The position numbers and the translations under genes were made by a program. Shown one piece after another: positions 44,064 through 54,506 of a DNA stretch of 64,000 nucleotides (the stretch's first letter is position 1; every line of letters starts with the position of its first letter). The notes beneath the pieces are model-generated. The model was not told the origin of the DNA, did not search any database, and worked only from the letters and a program-made list of their open reading frames with translations. Source of the stretch: Omnitrophica bacterium GWA2_41_15 (lineage in GTDB: Bacteria; Omnitrophota; Gorgyraeia; Gygaellales; UBA12090); the NCBI GenBank assembly GCA_919902675.1, contig CAKKRH010000020.1, positions 5,110-69,109 of the forward strand. The letters are read 5' to 3'.

Positions 44064-44647
44064 GCCCGCTAATGACCTTCGGCCAGGAGGGGCGTTTAGG
44101 CAGGAAGGCGATTGGCTTATTAGGGCTTAAGGCCAGGAATAAGGTCCTGGATATCGGCTGCGGCACCGGGACCTTGAGTATTGAGATAGCCGGATTGATG
44201 CCGGCTAACCCGGATTCCCTGGCGGTGGGTTTGGATGCCGCTCCTAAAATGATAGAGCGGGCAAGGCAAAAGGCCAGGGGCCTGCGGAACATCCGCTTTG
44301 ATGTCGCCATAGCCGAGAGCCTGCCTTATCCGGACGGGTATTTTGACTGCGCCGTCTCCACCTTCTTTTTCCACCACATTAATTTTGGGCTTAAGAGAAA
44401 ATCCCTGGCCGAGATATGGCGGGTGTTAAAGAAAGACGGAGAGCTGGTCATAGTGGACGCGGCCCGGCCGTATAATCTCTGGGGCCGGCTTTGCGCCTGG
44501 AGCGGCTATTTTCTTTTTAAGCAGGAAGAGATTAAGGAGAACATCCTGGGTAAATTGGAGGAGGCCTTTGGTCTTTCTCCCTTTCGCTCCTGGCATAAGG
44601 TGTCTTCGCATTTGGGCTATGTGTCGGTGTTTAAGCTGGTAAAATAG
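44009..44647 (+). CDS. Class I SAM-dependent methyltransferase (UbiE/COQ5-like)
   Basis: 'VLDIGCGTGTLS', 'FDCAVSTFFFHHI', 'LKKDGELVIVD'. Confidence 0.75.
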   Translation: MQTSGRTLDYAAGVYDFLSPLMTFGQEGRLGRKAIGLLGLKARNKVLDIGCGTGTLSIEIAGLMPANPDSLAVGLDAAPKMIERARQKARGLRNIRFDVAIAESLPYPDGYFDCAVSTFFFHHINFGLKRKSLAEIWRVLKKDGELVIVDAARPYNLWGRLCAWSGYFLFKQEEIKENILGKLEEAFGLSPFRSWHKVSSHLGYVSVFKLVK

Positions 44648-44658
44648 GAGGGAAGAAA

Positions 44659-45285
44659 ATGAAGAAGATGGTTTTCGCGCTTTTTGCCATAGCCTTTAAT
44701 TTTTTCTTGGCCGCTCGAGGGCTGGCTTTGAGCGAGGCGGAATTGGTCCAAGGGGCTAAGGCCTATTTTGAGGACAAGTTTACCAGGCTTTCGCAAGTGG
44801 CCAGGCAGTATCCGACGATAGAGACATACCGTCAACTGATGCGTCCGCAGGCGGAGAAAATAGAGGGTTTTTTCGGGGGCAGTCTGATCGGGCCGGATTT
44901 TGTCATCCGGCAGGTGTATCATCCCAGCCACTTCCTGGCCCGGGGCTATGATTTAAAGAAGGTGATAGAGCTTAAGTATTTTTATAAGAAGATGACGGAG
45001 GCCCCGTCGCCGCAATTAAGCGAGCCGGCCCACGGCAGCCTGGTCCAGCCGCGGCTGATTGCGATGCGCTATCCGGTGCTTAAGGACGGTAAATTGGAGA
45101 ATATAATCTCTATGATGGTGCGCACCGAATATTTTTTAAAGGCGGTGGGTCTGGATAAATGCAAGGCGTTTAAAATAATTTGTCTGGGTGAGCCGGCCGA
45201 GGGAAAGGGAGTCTTATCCGATAAATTTAAAGAGGTAACTTTGGACCTGCCTTGCACCAAGTGGAGGATCCAGTATGAGGAATGA
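44659..45285 (+). CDS. Secreted hypothetical protein
   Basis: Signal peptide 'MKKMVFALFAIAFNFFLAARGLA'. No recognisable motif. Confidence 0.5.
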   Translation: MKKMVFALFAIAFNFFLAARGLALSEAELVQGAKAYFEDKFTRLSQVARQYPTIETYRQLMRPQAEKIEGFFGGSLIGPDFVIRQVYHPSHFLARGYDLKKVIELKYFYKKMTEAPSPQLSEPAHGSLVQPRLIAMRYPVLKDGKLENIISMMVRTEYFLKAVGLDKCKAFKIICLGEPAEGKGVLSDKFKEVTLDLPCTKWRIQYEE

Positions 45286-46144
45286 TGCCAATGTCCTGGT
45301 AGCCGGCGCCGGTGGGGTGTTGGGCCGGAACATCGTCGAGGCTTTTTATAAAAGAGGGGTTAAGGTTATTGGCCTGGGCCTTGGCGAGCGCGAGTTTGAC
45401 GGGATAAGGGACAAGTTTGCTAAGACCGTATGCTGTAATGTCGCTGACCCCGGACAGTTAAGAGGGGCATGCCGGGGGGCGGATATTGTGATTTCCTGTA
45501 TCGGCATAAACCGGCTCAAGGGAAAATTAAGCCATATGGATGTGGATTACCGGGGTAATCTCAACCTGCTTAAAGAGGCCCAAGAGTCGGGGGTGAAGAA
45601 GTTTGTCTTTATATCCCCGGCAGGAGTGGATCTGGGGCATAGGCATGTGCCTCTTTTTAAGGCCAAGCATCTTTTTGAGCAAGAGTTAAAGAAGAGCGGG
45701 CTCAAATGGCTGATTTTCAGGTCAGGAGGGTTCTTTCGGGATTTGGCCGAGATGGGTAAATCCGCGAGCAAAGGGATGATGTTTGTTATTGGCAGCGGTA
45801 GAAATAAATTCACTCCTATTGACGTCCGGGACCTGGCCGAGATTATGGCCGAAGACAGCCTGGACAAGGAGAACCAGCTTATAGAGGCAGGCGGCCCTGA
45901 CGATATGAGCTGGAAAGAAATATGTTATGCCTGTTTTGAATCTTCAGGCCGTAAGGCACGGATTATCCATTGTCCTGTCTGGATGTGTAAATTCGCGGCG
46001 TTTCTTATCCGGCCGTTCTCGCGAAAGTATCACGCGATGGCCAGGCTTATATTGTTTACTTCCCTTACCAATCTACCCACCCGGAAACGGGGCCGGATTT
46101 CCTTCCAGGACTATCTTAGAGAGCAATATTCAAGGCAGCAATAA
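45275..46144 (+). CDS. NAD(P)-binding Rossmann protein (NmrA/atypical SDR-like)
   Basis: 'VLVAGAGGVLGRNIVEA' glycine-rich loop. Confidence 0.65.
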   Translation: MRNDANVLVAGAGGVLGRNIVEAFYKRGVKVIGLGLGEREFDGIRDKFAKTVCCNVADPGQLRGACRGADIVISCIGINRLKGKLSHMDVDYRGNLNLLKEAQESGVKKFVFISPAGVDLGHRHVPLFKAKHLFEQELKKSGLKWLIFRSGGFFRDLAEMGKSASKGMMFVIGSGRNKFTPIDVRDLAEIMAEDSLDKENQLIEAGGPDDMSWKEICYACFESSGRKARIIHCPVWMCKFAAFLIRPFSRKYHAMARLILFTSLTNLPTRKRGRISFQDYLREQYSRQQ

Positions 46145-46186
46145 TTTTCACGAATATTAAACCCCCGCCCCGCCAATTTACTTTCC

Positions 46187-46216
46187 TTGACCTCCGGATG
46201 TTTAGAGGTGTATAAT
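46187..46216 (+). promoter_or_regulatory. Sigma70-like promoter of the phoB/phoR-like operon
   Basis: TTGACC, 18 nt, TATAAT, 10 nt upstream of the ATG region. Confidence 0.5.
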
Positions 46217-46226
46217 CAAAGGCATT

Positions 46227-46922
46227 ATGGCTAAAGAGAAGATATTAATTATTGAGGATGAGCCGGATATCGTCAGGATGCTGGAGTATAACCTTAAGAA
46301 AGAAGGCTTCCGGGTTGTCAGCGCGCCAGACGGCCAGGAGGGTTTAAGGCAGGCGCGCAAACAATGCCCGGATATCATCCTCCTGGACCTGATGCTTCCC
46401 GAGATTGACGGATTAGAGGTCTGCCGGGCCTTAAGGCAGGAGCGGGATACCGCCGGCATCCCGGTGATTATGCTTACGGCTAAGGGCCGGGAGAGCGATA
46501 AGGTGGTGGGATTAGAGCTGGGGGCGGACGATTATATCACCAAGCCCTTCAGCCTGGGCGAGTTGATTGCCAGGGTCAAGGCGGTGCTTCGGCGTTCGCG
46601 GGACAAGGAGAAGCAGCCGGATATTTTTAAGGCGGGAAGTTTAACCATAGATTTTTCTAAAATAAAGGTGAGTGTCGGGAATAAGCGCTTAGAGCTTACG
46701 GCCAAGGAGTTTGAGTTGTTATCGGCCTTGATTAAAGCCAAGGGCAGGGTCCTGTCGCGGGATTATCTTCTGGATAATATCTGGGGTTTTGACAATGCCC
46801 TGGAGATCCAAAGCCGCACCGTGGATGTGCATATCCAGACCCTGCGCAAAAAGCTAAAACAAGAGGCAAAACGGATTGTTACCGTGAAAAACTATGGTTA
46901 CCGTTTTGAGATAGAGGAGTAA
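46227..46922 (+). CDS. phoB: OmpR-family response regulator, PhoB-like by context
   Basis: Receiver 'ILIIEDEPDI...DIILLDLMLPEIDG' plus a winged helix 'RTVDVHIQTLRKKL'. Adjacent to the PhoR-like kinase and pst genes. Confidence 0.7.
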   Translation: MAKEKILIIEDEPDIVRMLEYNLKKEGFRVVSAPDGQEGLRQARKQCPDIILLDLMLPEIDGLEVCRALRQERDTAGIPVIMLTAKGRESDKVVGLELGADDYITKPFSLGELIARVKAVLRRSRDKEKQPDIFKAGSLTIDFSKIKVSVGNKRLELTAKEFELLSALIKAKGRVLSRDYLLDNIWGFDNALEIQSRTVDVHIQTLRKKLKQEAKRIVTVKNYGYRFEIEE

Positions 46923-46930
46923 TTTTAGCA

Positions 46931-48136
46931 ATGTTTTTCTGGCGCGATAGACAACAGATAAGAAAGATAAAGGCGGTATTAGAGAAAATTGAGAAAGGCG
47001 ATACCAGCCAGAGAATAAACATTTATTCCCGGGACAGGCTTGGGCGGCTGGCCCAAGCCATAGACAGGGCCATATCCGCTTTAGGCCTTCGGATCTCCGG
47101 GTTAGAGAAAGAGGCTATCCAGGCCCGGGCTATACTCTCCGGGATGTCGGAAGGGGTCCTCGCCATAGGCGATGATGAGCGGATTCTATTGGTTAATCCC
47201 GCCGCCGAGGAGATATTTGGTATCAAGAAACAAGAGGCCGAAGGCAGGCTGTTCTTAGAGGTTGTCCGCAACAATGATATTTCCGAGATTATAAACACAG
47301 CCTTAAAAGAAGGCCGGACTATATCAAGAGAGCTGATCCTGGTCCTGCCGGTGCAAAAGACCTTTAAAATCAACGCCTCTCCTATTCTTGAGAATGAGCG
47401 CGTCTCTGGCTGTGTCCTGGTGGTCCACGACATTACCCAGATGCGCCGGCTGGAGAAGGTTCGCTCGGACTTTGTGGCCAATGTCTCCCACGAGCTAAAG
47501 ACCCCGCTTACCTCTATTAAGGGTTTTGTGGAGACCCTCCTTTCGGGCGCTTTAGAGGAAAAGGAAAACAGCCGGGAATTCTTAAAGATCATCCAGGAAC
47601 AGGCCGATAGGCTGGATGCCTTGAGTAACGATTTGCTGAATCTGGCCTCTTTGGAGGAACCGGGGATAGCCTTTAAGAAAGAAAAGGTGAATTTGAAGGC
47701 CTTGACGGATAAGGCCCTGGCTGTTTTTGACGCGGAATTAAAGAAGAAAGAGATAAAGACCGCCAATGAACTGGCTGAAGACCTCTCTGTGAGCGCGGAT
47801 AAGAATAAGATTGAGCAGGTCTTTACCAATCTCATTGATAACGCCGTTAAATTCAACCGCCAAAATGGGAGCATAACAATCCGCTCCGCGGAATGCCCCG
47901 GCAATAAAATAAAGATTACGGTCAAGGATTCCGGGATAGGAATCCCTGATAGAGACCTCTTGCGCGTGTTTGAGCGCTTCTACCGGGTGGATAAGGCCCG
48001 CTCCCGCGGCTTAGGCGGCACCGGGCTGGGGCTGTCAATAGTCAAGCATATCGTTGAGCTGCACGGCGGCGCGGTGAGCCTGGAAAGCACCGAAGGCCAG
48101 GGCTCGGAATTCTCCTTCACCCTCTCCAAAAAATAG
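46931..48136 (+). CDS. phoR: PhoR-like histidine kinase (PAS, HisKA, HATPase), no TM segment visible
   Basis: PAS 'GVLAIGDDERILLVNPAAEEIFG', H-box 'FVANVSHELKTPLTSIKGFVETL', 'GGTGLGLSIVKHIVELHGG'. The N-terminus is hydrophilic and only 8 nt separate it from phoB. Confidence 0.7.
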   Translation: MFFWRDRQQIRKIKAVLEKIEKGDTSQRINIYSRDRLGRLAQAIDRAISALGLRISGLEKEAIQARAILSGMSEGVLAIGDDERILLVNPAAEEIFGIKKQEAEGRLFLEVVRNNDISEIINTALKEGRTISRELILVLPVQKTFKINASPILENERVSGCVLVVHDITQMRRLEKVRSDFVANVSHELKTPLTSIKGFVETLLSGALEEKENSREFLKIIQEQADRLDALSNDLLNLASLEEPGIAFKKEKVNLKALTDKALAVFDAELKKKEIKTANELAEDLSVSADKNKIEQVFTNLIDNAVKFNRQNGSITIRSAECPGNKIKITVKDSGIGIPDRDLLRVFERFYRVDKARSRGLGGTGLGLSIVKHIVELHGGAVSLESTEGQGSEFSFTLSKK

Positions 48137-48142
48137 TTCTCT

Positions 48143-48211
48143 AAAATAGGGACACATCCCATTTTTTCCGGGAAATAGCTCTGGAAAAATGGGATGTGTC
48201 CCTATTTTTTT
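48143..48211. repeat. REP/BIME-like inverted doublet, copy 2
   Basis: Same arms as 37238-37307 ('aaaatagggacacatcccatttttt' and 'aaaaatgggatgtgtccctattttttt') with a different 17-nt spacer. Directly after the phoR stop. Confidence 0.8.
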
Positions 48212-48212
48212 A

Positions 48213-48267
48213 TTTTACCCGGATTTTACATTGTCTTGAAGCGGATTTTACCCGCATAGTTTATACT
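48213..48267 (+). promoter_or_regulatory. Candidate Pho-box array plus -10
   Basis: TTTTAC at 48213, 48224 and 48246 (11- and 22-bp phasing). TATACT at 48262-48267, 10 nt after the last repeat, with no canonical -35. Confidence 0.4.
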
Positions 48268-48311
48268 TTAGTTGAAAAATAAAAAGGAAAAAGAAAGGAG
48301 GTGAGGAGAAG

Positions 48312-48503
48312 ATGACGGAAGTATTATTGAACATGGAAAAGGATTTTCTTGCCAGCTCACTTCGGGCGCTGATTGACCGTTTAAAAAATGTGTTATCAGC
48401 AATAGAAGAAGGAGAGAGCATAGAAAATGAGTTCACCAACAACAGCCTTAAGTCCGTGGAAACACAACTGCGCCAGATACGCAGATTTTGCGCCAATGGA
48501 TAA
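48312..48503 (+). CDS. Small helical hypothetical protein (63 aa)
   Basis: Strong RBS 'aaaggaggtgagg' 6-18 nt upstream. Lies between the candidate Pho promoter and the porin gene. Confidence 0.45.
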   Translation: MTEVLLNMEKDFLASSLRALIDRLKNVLSAIEEGESIENEFTNNSLKSVETQLRQIRRFCANG

Positions 48504-48551
48504 AAAGTACTCAAAGATGTATGATAAATTATTAAGAAAGGAGAAATACAG

Positions 48552-49814
48552 ATGGTGAAGAAAATATGGATAATGGTTTTAGCGGTATGGTTTTTGGGGC
48601 TTAATCCCTTATGTTTCGCCGCGACTACCCAGGTGGACGCCTTAATTGAGAAGTTGGTGGAGAAAGGTATATTGGACCGCCAGGAGTCAATCAAGCTTAA
48701 GAGCGAGATTGCCGAAGATGAAAAGATAGTCCGGGAAGAAGGGCTGAAGCAGAGCCTCCCTAGCTGGGTTAGGGAAATGAAGTTAAAGGGAGATTTTCGC
48801 CTGCGCTATCAGTATGAGAAGAAAAAGGGCAGTAATACCAACGCCGGAAATACCACCGAGCGCGACCGGGCAAGGATCAGGTTCAGGTTGGGCGCGGAAA
48901 CCAAGGTGAATGACCAGACAAAAGTGCTTTTTGGTCTGGCCAGCGGAGGAACTGACCCCCGCTCCACCAACCAGACCCTGGAAAACAGCTTTGAGCTTAA
49001 GGATATCCGGCTGGACTATGTCTACGGCGAATACGCGCCTTTTAGCTGGGCCGCGTTTTCAGGCGGAAGAATGAAGAACCCGCTCTGGGAACCCGGGGAC
49101 CTGCTTTGGGATACGGATATCAATCCCGAAGGGCTGGCTGCCAAGTTAAGCGGCAAAGTAAACGACCGTTTAGAAGCCTATCTTAATACCGGAACGTTTA
49201 TCCTTGATGAGAACGCGGCCGCCTCCGACCCCTGGATATACGCCTTACAGCCGGGGCTGAAGTGGAAGTTGAATGATAAGGTGAGTTCCAACATCGCTGT
49301 TTCGTATTACGGAAGCAGCCAGGTCAAGGGGGCGATCCTGGACTATTCCGCCGGGAGTAACACCAATAACGGCAGGCGCGGCCTGCTATACGGTCTTAGC
49401 GCCTTTAGCCCGAGTGTGGAATTAGCCGTTAAAGACCCCTTGCGGTCCCTGGGTATAGGCTTGCCTTATGCTTCGTTCTTTGGCGAATATGTGCATAACC
49501 TGCCTTCGGCAAAGAGCGGATACCTTGGCGGACTTAAAATAGGCCACGAAAAGGTAAGTAATGCCAGGCAATGGCAGCTGCGCTATTTTTATAGTATGCT
49601 GGCCACCGACGCCTGGTTAGATATCCTGCCGGATTCGGATAGATACGGCGGAAGGACCGGTATCCGCGGCCATGAACTACTGCTGACCTATGGCCTGGGC
49701 AAGAACTGGAGCCTGGAGTTGGATTACTATCGCACGGATTTGACCACCACCCACGCGGATACCGCGGCGAAAACCGAGAATATCTTCCAGGCGGATTTGA
49801 ATTTCAAGTTTTGA
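48552..49814 (+). CDS. Outer-membrane porin candidate (possibly phosphate-selective by context)
   Basis: Signal peptide, N-terminal coiled segment, alternating beta-like pattern, C-terminal '...ADLNFKF'. Immediately upstream of pstS. Confidence 0.5.
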   Translation: MVKKIWIMVLAVWFLGLNPLCFAATTQVDALIEKLVEKGILDRQESIKLKSEIAEDEKIVREEGLKQSLPSWVREMKLKGDFRLRYQYEKKKGSNTNAGNTTERDRARIRFRLGAETKVNDQTKVLFGLASGGTDPRSTNQTLENSFELKDIRLDYVYGEYAPFSWAAFSGGRMKNPLWEPGDLLWDTDINPEGLAAKLSGKVNDRLEAYLNTGTFILDENAAASDPWIYALQPGLKWKLNDKVSSNIAVSYYGSSQVKGAILDYSAGSNTNNGRRGLLYGLSAFSPSVELAVKDPLRSLGIGLPYASFFGEYVHNLPSAKSGYLGGLKIGHEKVSNARQWQLRYFYSMLATDAWLDILPDSDRYGGRTGIRGHELLLTYGLGKNWSLELDYYRTDLTTTHADTAAKTENIFQADLNFKF

Positions 49815-49827
49815 TTATATTGATTAT

Positions 49828-50850
49828 ATGAAAGGAAAAGAGAAAATGAAAAAGTTTCTGAATTTGTTTATAGCAATAAGCGCCCTGATCGGCGGCTTGT
49901 CCGGTCAGGTATTTGCCGCTTCCAAATTGATCAAGGTGGACGGCTCAAGCACGGTGTTTCCCATCACCGAGGCCGTGGCCGAGGAATTCCAAAAGGAAAA
50001 CAGCGGGATAAAGGTGATGGTGGGTATCTCTGGGACCGGCGGCGGGTTTAAAAGGTTTGGCCGGGGAGAGACCGATATCAGCGATGCCTCTCGTCCCATA
50101 AAACAAAAAGAGGTGGATTTGGCCAGGGAAAATAATATTGAATACATAGAGCTTCCGGTGGCCTATGACGGCTTGGCAGTGGTAGTCAGCTCGCGAAATA
50201 CCTGGGCGGATCATCTTACGGTCAAGGAATTAAAGAAGATCTGGGAGCCGGACGCCCAAGGCGCAGTTACTAAATGGAGCCAGATACGGGCGGGTTTTCC
50301 GGATACGGAATTGCGGCTTTACGGCCCGGGGACAGACTCGGGCACATTTGATTATTTTACCGAGGCAATCTGCGCTAAATCCGGGGCCAGCCGCGGCGAT
50401 TATACCGCCAGCGAAGACGATAATGTCCTGGTTGAAGGGGTTTCTTCGGAAGCCAATGGTTTGGGGTATTTCGGCCTGGCCTATTATGAGCAGAATAAGG
50501 ATAAGCTTAAGCTGGTGGCTATTGATGATGAGAATGACGTTAACGGCAGAGGGCCGATCGCGCCGTCAATGGAGACGGTAATGGATTCAACCTATCAGCC
50601 TTTGGCCCGGCCCATATTTATCTATGTGAGCGTCCAGGCCGCCCAAAAGGAAGAGGTAGCAAAGTTTGTTGACTTTTACCTTACCCATGCCGGGCAATTA
50701 GTAAAAGAAGTCGGTTACATACCTTTGCCGGATACCGCGTATCAGGCGGCCTTAGAGCGTTTTAATGCCCGGATCACAGGCTCTGTCTTTGGCAGTAAGG
50801 GCGCGACTATAGGGGTCAAGATTGAAGATTTGCTCAAGCGCAAAAAATAG
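49828..50850 (+). CDS. pstS: Phosphate ABC transporter substrate-binding protein
   Basis: '[18 protein letters not shown]', '[12 protein letters not shown]', 'DISDASRPI'. Confidence 0.85.
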   Translation: MKGKEKMKKFLNLFIAISALIGGLSGQVFAASKLIKVDGSSTVFPITEAVAEEFQKENSGIKVMVGISGTGGGFKRFGRGETDISDASRPIKQKEVDLARENNIEYIELPVAYDGLAVVVSSRNTWADHLTVKELKKIWEPDAQGAVTKWSQIRAGFPDTELRLYGPGTDSGTFDYFTEAICAKSGASRGDYTASEDDNVLVEGVSSEANGLGYFGLAYYEQNKDKLKLVAIDDENDVNGRGPIAPSMETVMDSTYQPLARPIFIYVSVQAAQKEEVAKFVDFYLTHAGQLVKEVGYIPLPDTAYQAALERFNARITGSVFGSKGATIGVKIEDLLKRKK

Positions 50851-50859
50851 CTTAAAGAT

Positions 50860-51756
50860 ATGTTCAAGAAGAAAGAGTTTCAAAAATTAAAGGAATATCT
50901 GATTGAGAAACTGCTTTTTCTCTTTAGCTTAGTTTCCATCCTTGCCACCGTGGGGATTGTCGCGGTCTTATCCTTCGAGACTTTCGCCTTTTTTAATGAG
51001 GTATCGCTTTTAAAGTTCTTTACCGATACCCAGTGGACGCCGCTTTTTGTCAAGAAGCATTTTGGCATCCTGCCGCTTTTGTGCGGGACACTTCTGACTA
51101 CTCTAATTGCGATGCTTATCGCGCTTCCTGTCGGCTTGATAAGCGCGGTGTATTTAAGCGAATATTCCTCTGAAAAGGCAAAAAACATCATCAAACCGAT
51201 AATGGAAATATTAGCGGCAATCCCTACAGTGGTATATGGTTACTTCGCGCTTTTGTTTGTTACCCCATTGTTAAGGAAATGTATCCCCGGGATGAGCGGG
51301 TTTAATTCTCTTTCCAGTGGATTTGTAATGGGGATAATGATTATCCCTTTGATTTCATCTCTAAGCGAAGACGCCTTTCACGCCGTGCCTATGGGCCTGC
51401 GCGAGGCAGGGTATGCCTTAGGCTCAAACAGACTGCAGGTGTCCTTAAGGATAGTTTTTCCGGCTGCCTTTTCCGGGGTCTTGGCGGCCTGCGTTTTGGC
51501 CGTATCCCGGGCGGTGGGTGAGACGATGATTGTGGCTATTGCCGCAGGTCAGCAGCCCCGGTTGACCTTAAATCCCCTGGTTCCGGTTGAGACAATTACC
51601 GCTTATATTGTCCAGGTGAGCTTAGGCGATACTCCCCATGGCAGCCTGGAATACCGCACTATCTTTGCCTGCGGGATGTTTTTGTTTGTGATGACCTATT
51701 TTCTAAATATCGTAAGTTATAAATTAAGAAGGCGTTTTCAACAGGTATATGAATAA
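50860..51756 (+). CDS. pstC: Phosphate ABC transporter permease PstC
   Basis: Polytopic membrane protein with '[23 protein letters not shown]' EAA-type loop. Operon position supports the call. Confidence 0.9.
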   Translation: MFKKKEFQKLKEYLIEKLLFLFSLVSILATVGIVAVLSFETFAFFNEVSLLKFFTDTQWTPLFVKKHFGILPLLCGTLLTTLIAMLIALPVGLISAVYLSEYSSEKAKNIIKPIMEILAAIPTVVYGYFALLFVTPLLRKCIPGMSGFNSLSSGFVMGIMIIPLISSLSEDAFHAVPMGLREAGYALGSNRLQVSLRIVFPAAFSGVLAACVLAVSRAVGETMIVAIAAGQQPRLTLNPLVPVETITAYIVQVSLGDTPHGSLEYRTIFACGMFLFVMTYFLNIVSYKLRRRFQQVYE

Positions 51757-52657
51757 TAGAGTAATCAATAAAAGATTGGATGGGCTGTTTAAAGCGCTGG
51801 GCATACTGACCACAGTTTTCGGGTTATCGGTGCTTTTGGTCCTGTTTATTGATGTGTTCTTAGACGGGGCCTCAAGGCTAAGCCTTGATTTTTTTACCAG
51901 CTTTCCCTCCCGTAAGCCGGAAGCCGCGGGGATACTTTCGGCCTGGGTGGGCACGATCTGGATTATGGCGGTTACCGGATGTATCGCGCTTCCTTTGGGA
52001 ATAGGTTCAGGCATTTATCTTGAGGAATACGCCCCAAAAAACAGGCTCACCGCTTTGATTGAGATAAGCATCGCTAACCTTGCCGGGGTGCCCTCGGTAA
52101 TTTTCGGGCTTCTGGGGTTAGGGCTTTTTGTGCGCTGGTTTAACTTAGACAGGAGCGTCTTAGCCGGAGGCCTTACTTTAGCCATTTTAGTCTTACCGGT
52201 AATCATTCTTTCCACGCGGGAGGCGCTTCGGGCCATACCTTTTTCCATCAGGGAGGCCTCCTACGCCGTAGGGGCGACCAAGTGGCAGACGGTATATTGC
52301 CAGGTGCTCCCCGCAGCACTCGGCAATATTATGACCGGGGTCATCCTGGCAATGTCCCGGGCAGTGGGGGAGACCGCCCCCTTAATCACCATAGGCGCCC
52401 TTACCTATATCGCTTTCCTGCCCCAGGCTCCGGTTGCTTTTTCGGGAGAGTTCCCTTTTATCCATTTGAGCCTTCAAGGGTTATTTGACCCTTTCACTGC
52501 CCTGCCTATTCAGATATTTAACTGGGTGTCCCGTCCGCAAAAGGGCTTTTCGGTGAATGCCTCGGCAGGGATTATCGTTCTTCTGGGGATTACTTTGGCA
52601 ATGAACAGTGTCGCCATAATTTTACGTTATCGTCAACGAAAAAAGACAAGGTGGTAA
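51749..52657 (+). CDS. pstA: Phosphate ABC transporter permease PstA
   Basis: '[23 protein letters not shown]'. 8-nt overlap with pstC. Confidence 0.9.
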   Translation: MNNRVINKRLDGLFKALGILTTVFGLSVLLVLFIDVFLDGASRLSLDFFTSFPSRKPEAAGILSAWVGTIWIMAVTGCIALPLGIGSGIYLEEYAPKNRLTALIEISIANLAGVPSVIFGLLGLGLFVRWFNLDRSVLAGGLTLAILVLPVIILSTREALRAIPFSIREASYAVGATKWQTVYCQVLPAALGNIMTGVILAMSRAVGETAPLITIGALTYIAFLPQAPVAFSGEFPFIHLSLQGLFDPFTALPIQIFNWVSRPQKGFSVNASAGIIVLLGITLAMNSVAIILRYRQRKKTRW

Positions 52658-53418
52658 AGATGAATAACACAGCTTTCAGCATAAAACAAATGCGCGCCTT
52701 TTACGGAGCAAAAGAGGTGATAAAGGGGGTGGATATTTCCATTATGCCCAATACGGTTACGGCCTTAATCGGGCCTTCCGGATGCGGCAAGAGCACCTTT
52801 ATACGCTCGCTTAACCGCATCAACGACCTGATTCCTTCTTTTCGGATCTCCGGCGATATAATGTACCGGCAGAAGGATATTTATGACAAGGAAACGGATG
52901 TGGTGGAGCTGCGCCGGCGCGTGGGCATGGTGTTCCAGAAACCTAATCCGTTCCCAAAATCCATTTACGAGAATATCGCCTATGGCTTAAGGATTCACGG
53001 CTTAAACATCAAAGACACCATAGATGAGATCGTGGAATCCAGCCTTAAAAAAGCCGCCCTCTGGGATGAGGTAAAGGATAATCTGAAACAAAACGCCCTC
53101 ACTCTTTCCGGAGGCCAGCAGCAGCGGCTCTGCATTGCCCGGACATTAGCCACCCAGCCGGAGGTTATCCTTTTTGATGAGCCATGCTCCGCGCTTGACC
53201 CGATTTCCACCGCCAAGATAGAGGAGCTCATTCATCACTTAAAACAAAATTACACTATCGTTATTGTTACCCACAATATGCAGCAGGCAGCAAGGGTTTC
53301 TGACTATTCCGGATTCTTCCTGCTGGGCGAGCTGATTGAGGTTGGCAGGACCCATGAGATATTCACCGCGCCCAAAGATAAGCGCACGGAAGAGTATATC
53401 ACGGGGAGGTTTGGATAG
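52651..53418 (+). CDS. pstB: Phosphate ABC transporter ATPase PstB (all motifs canonical)
   Basis: Walker A 'GPSGCGKST', Q-loop 'VFQKPNPFP', signature 'LSGGQQQRL', Walker B 'ILFDEP', H-loop 'VTHN'. Confidence 0.95.
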   Translation: MVKMNNTAFSIKQMRAFYGAKEVIKGVDISIMPNTVTALIGPSGCGKSTFIRSLNRINDLIPSFRISGDIMYRQKDIYDKETDVVELRRRVGMVFQKPNPFPKSIYENIAYGLRIHGLNIKDTIDEIVESSLKKAALWDEVKDNLKQNALTLSGGQQQRLCIARTLATQPEVILFDEPCSALDPISTAKIEELIHHLKQNYTIVIVTHNMQQAARVSDYSGFFLLGELIEVGRTHEIFTAPKDKRTEEYITGRFG

Positions 53419-53532
53419 CAGTCTCGGGTCACCAGTCGCCAGTCTCGGGTTTCTGGTCTCGAGTCATCGGTGACCGGTGACTCGAGATTGGCGACTGAAA
53501 ACCAGCGACCGACGACCGGAGACTGGAGACTG
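53419..53532. repeat. 114-bp imperfect word palindrome filling the pstB-phoU spacer ('cagtctcgggtc' family)
   Basis: Starts at the base after the pstB stop and ends 5 nt before the phoU ATG. Centre '...ctcgagtcatcggtgac|cggtgactcgag...'. The outer ends 'cagtctcgggtc...' and '...ggagactggagactg' are imperfectly complementary. Confidence 0.75.
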
Positions 53533-53537
53533 ATAAA

Positions 53538-54203
53538 ATGGAACGGCATTTGGACAAGGAATTGCAGGAGCTCAAGACAGAGATTCTGCGTATGGGCGGC
53601 CTGGTGGAAAATGCTATCGGGGTCTCCGTGGAAGCCTTGAAACAATTAGACAGGCTTGCGGCGGAAAAGGTCATCTGCTCTGATAAGGCAATTGACGAGT
53701 TGGAGCTTGGCATTGATGAGAAGAGCCTGGATTTGCTTGCCTTGTATCAGCCTATGGCTGTGGACCTGCGGTTTATCACTATGGCAATGAAGATTTCCAC
53801 CGACCTGGAGCGGATGGCGGATCTGGCAGTTGATATTGCCCAGAGGGTTCTGGAGCTTTCCGGCAAACCCCTGCTTAAGCCTTTGGTGGATATCCCGCGC
53901 TTAGCCGCCGTGGCGCAGGATATGACAAAGGGGGCGATAGATTCCTTTGTCGGGGCGGATGTGTCTTTGGCAAAAAATGTGATTCTGCGCGATACGGAGG
54001 CGGACAGCCTGCGCAATAAAGTTCAGGTTGAATTGATCAATGACTATATAGCCAAAGATAAATCCAGCGTTTCCCGGGCCATCCCCTTGCTTCTGATTGC
54101 CCGCCATCTGGAGCGCGTCTGCGACCACGCCACCAATATCGCCGAAGACGTGATTTATATGGTTGAGGCCAGGGTGGTCAGGCATCATCAGGAAAAGCTG
54201 TAA
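53538..54203 (+). CDS. phoU: Phosphate signalling regulator PhoU
   Basis: 221 aa with two PhoU repeats: 'DLRFITMAMKISTDLERMADLAVDIA' and 'ARHLERVCDHATNIAEDVIYM'. Confidence 0.9.
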   Translation: MERHLDKELQELKTEILRMGGLVENAIGVSVEALKQLDRLAAEKVICSDKAIDELELGIDEKSLDLLALYQPMAVDLRFITMAMKISTDLERMADLAVDIAQRVLELSGKPLLKPLVDIPRLAAVAQDMTKGAIDSFVGADVSLAKNVILRDTEADSLRNKVQVELINDYIAKDKSSVSRAIPLLLIARHLERVCDHATNIAEDVIYMVEARVVRHHQEKL

Positions 54204-54263
54204 ATTCCTTACCGCCATTTTGTGTCATTATCCCGGAATTTGGCGCGTGTATTTTGCGGGAAA

Positions 54264-54506
54264 CTATGGAAGCTTTAGATAAGGGGGAAGGCGTTCAGAC
54301 AGCCATACCTTTATAACGGATTGCCGGGGGATGCCCAGTCGTTTAGCTTCTCGGTCCAAAGAGTGAATCATCCAGATAGGGAAATCAACATTGACCCGTT
54401 TTTGTTCCTGGTTGGGCCTTAGGGCCTTTGAGATGTTAAGATGTTTAGATATATCCTCCCCGGAATCAAACTTTTTGTCAAATTCCTTAGCTTTCATAAA
54501 TATCAA
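54264..54506 (-). CDS. brnA: BrnA-like antitoxin (RHH/CopG-type)
   Basis: 'RVNVDFPIWMIHSLDREAKRLGIPRQSVIKVWLSERL'. Downstream of and overlapping the BrnT-like gene. Confidence 0.65.
   Translation of the reverse strand: MIFMKAKEFDKKFDSGEDISKHLNISKALRPNQEQKRVNVDFPIWMIHSLDREAKRLGIPRQSVIKVWLSERLPPYLKLP

Noticed and set aside
47023-47925. 300-aa minus-strand ORF antisense to phoR, and similar ORFs at 34685-35314 and 33872-34384 antisense to nrdJ
   Set aside because: The opposite-strand genes have unambiguous kinase and RNR motifs. The antisense translations are Ser/Arg/Leu-rich with no motifs.
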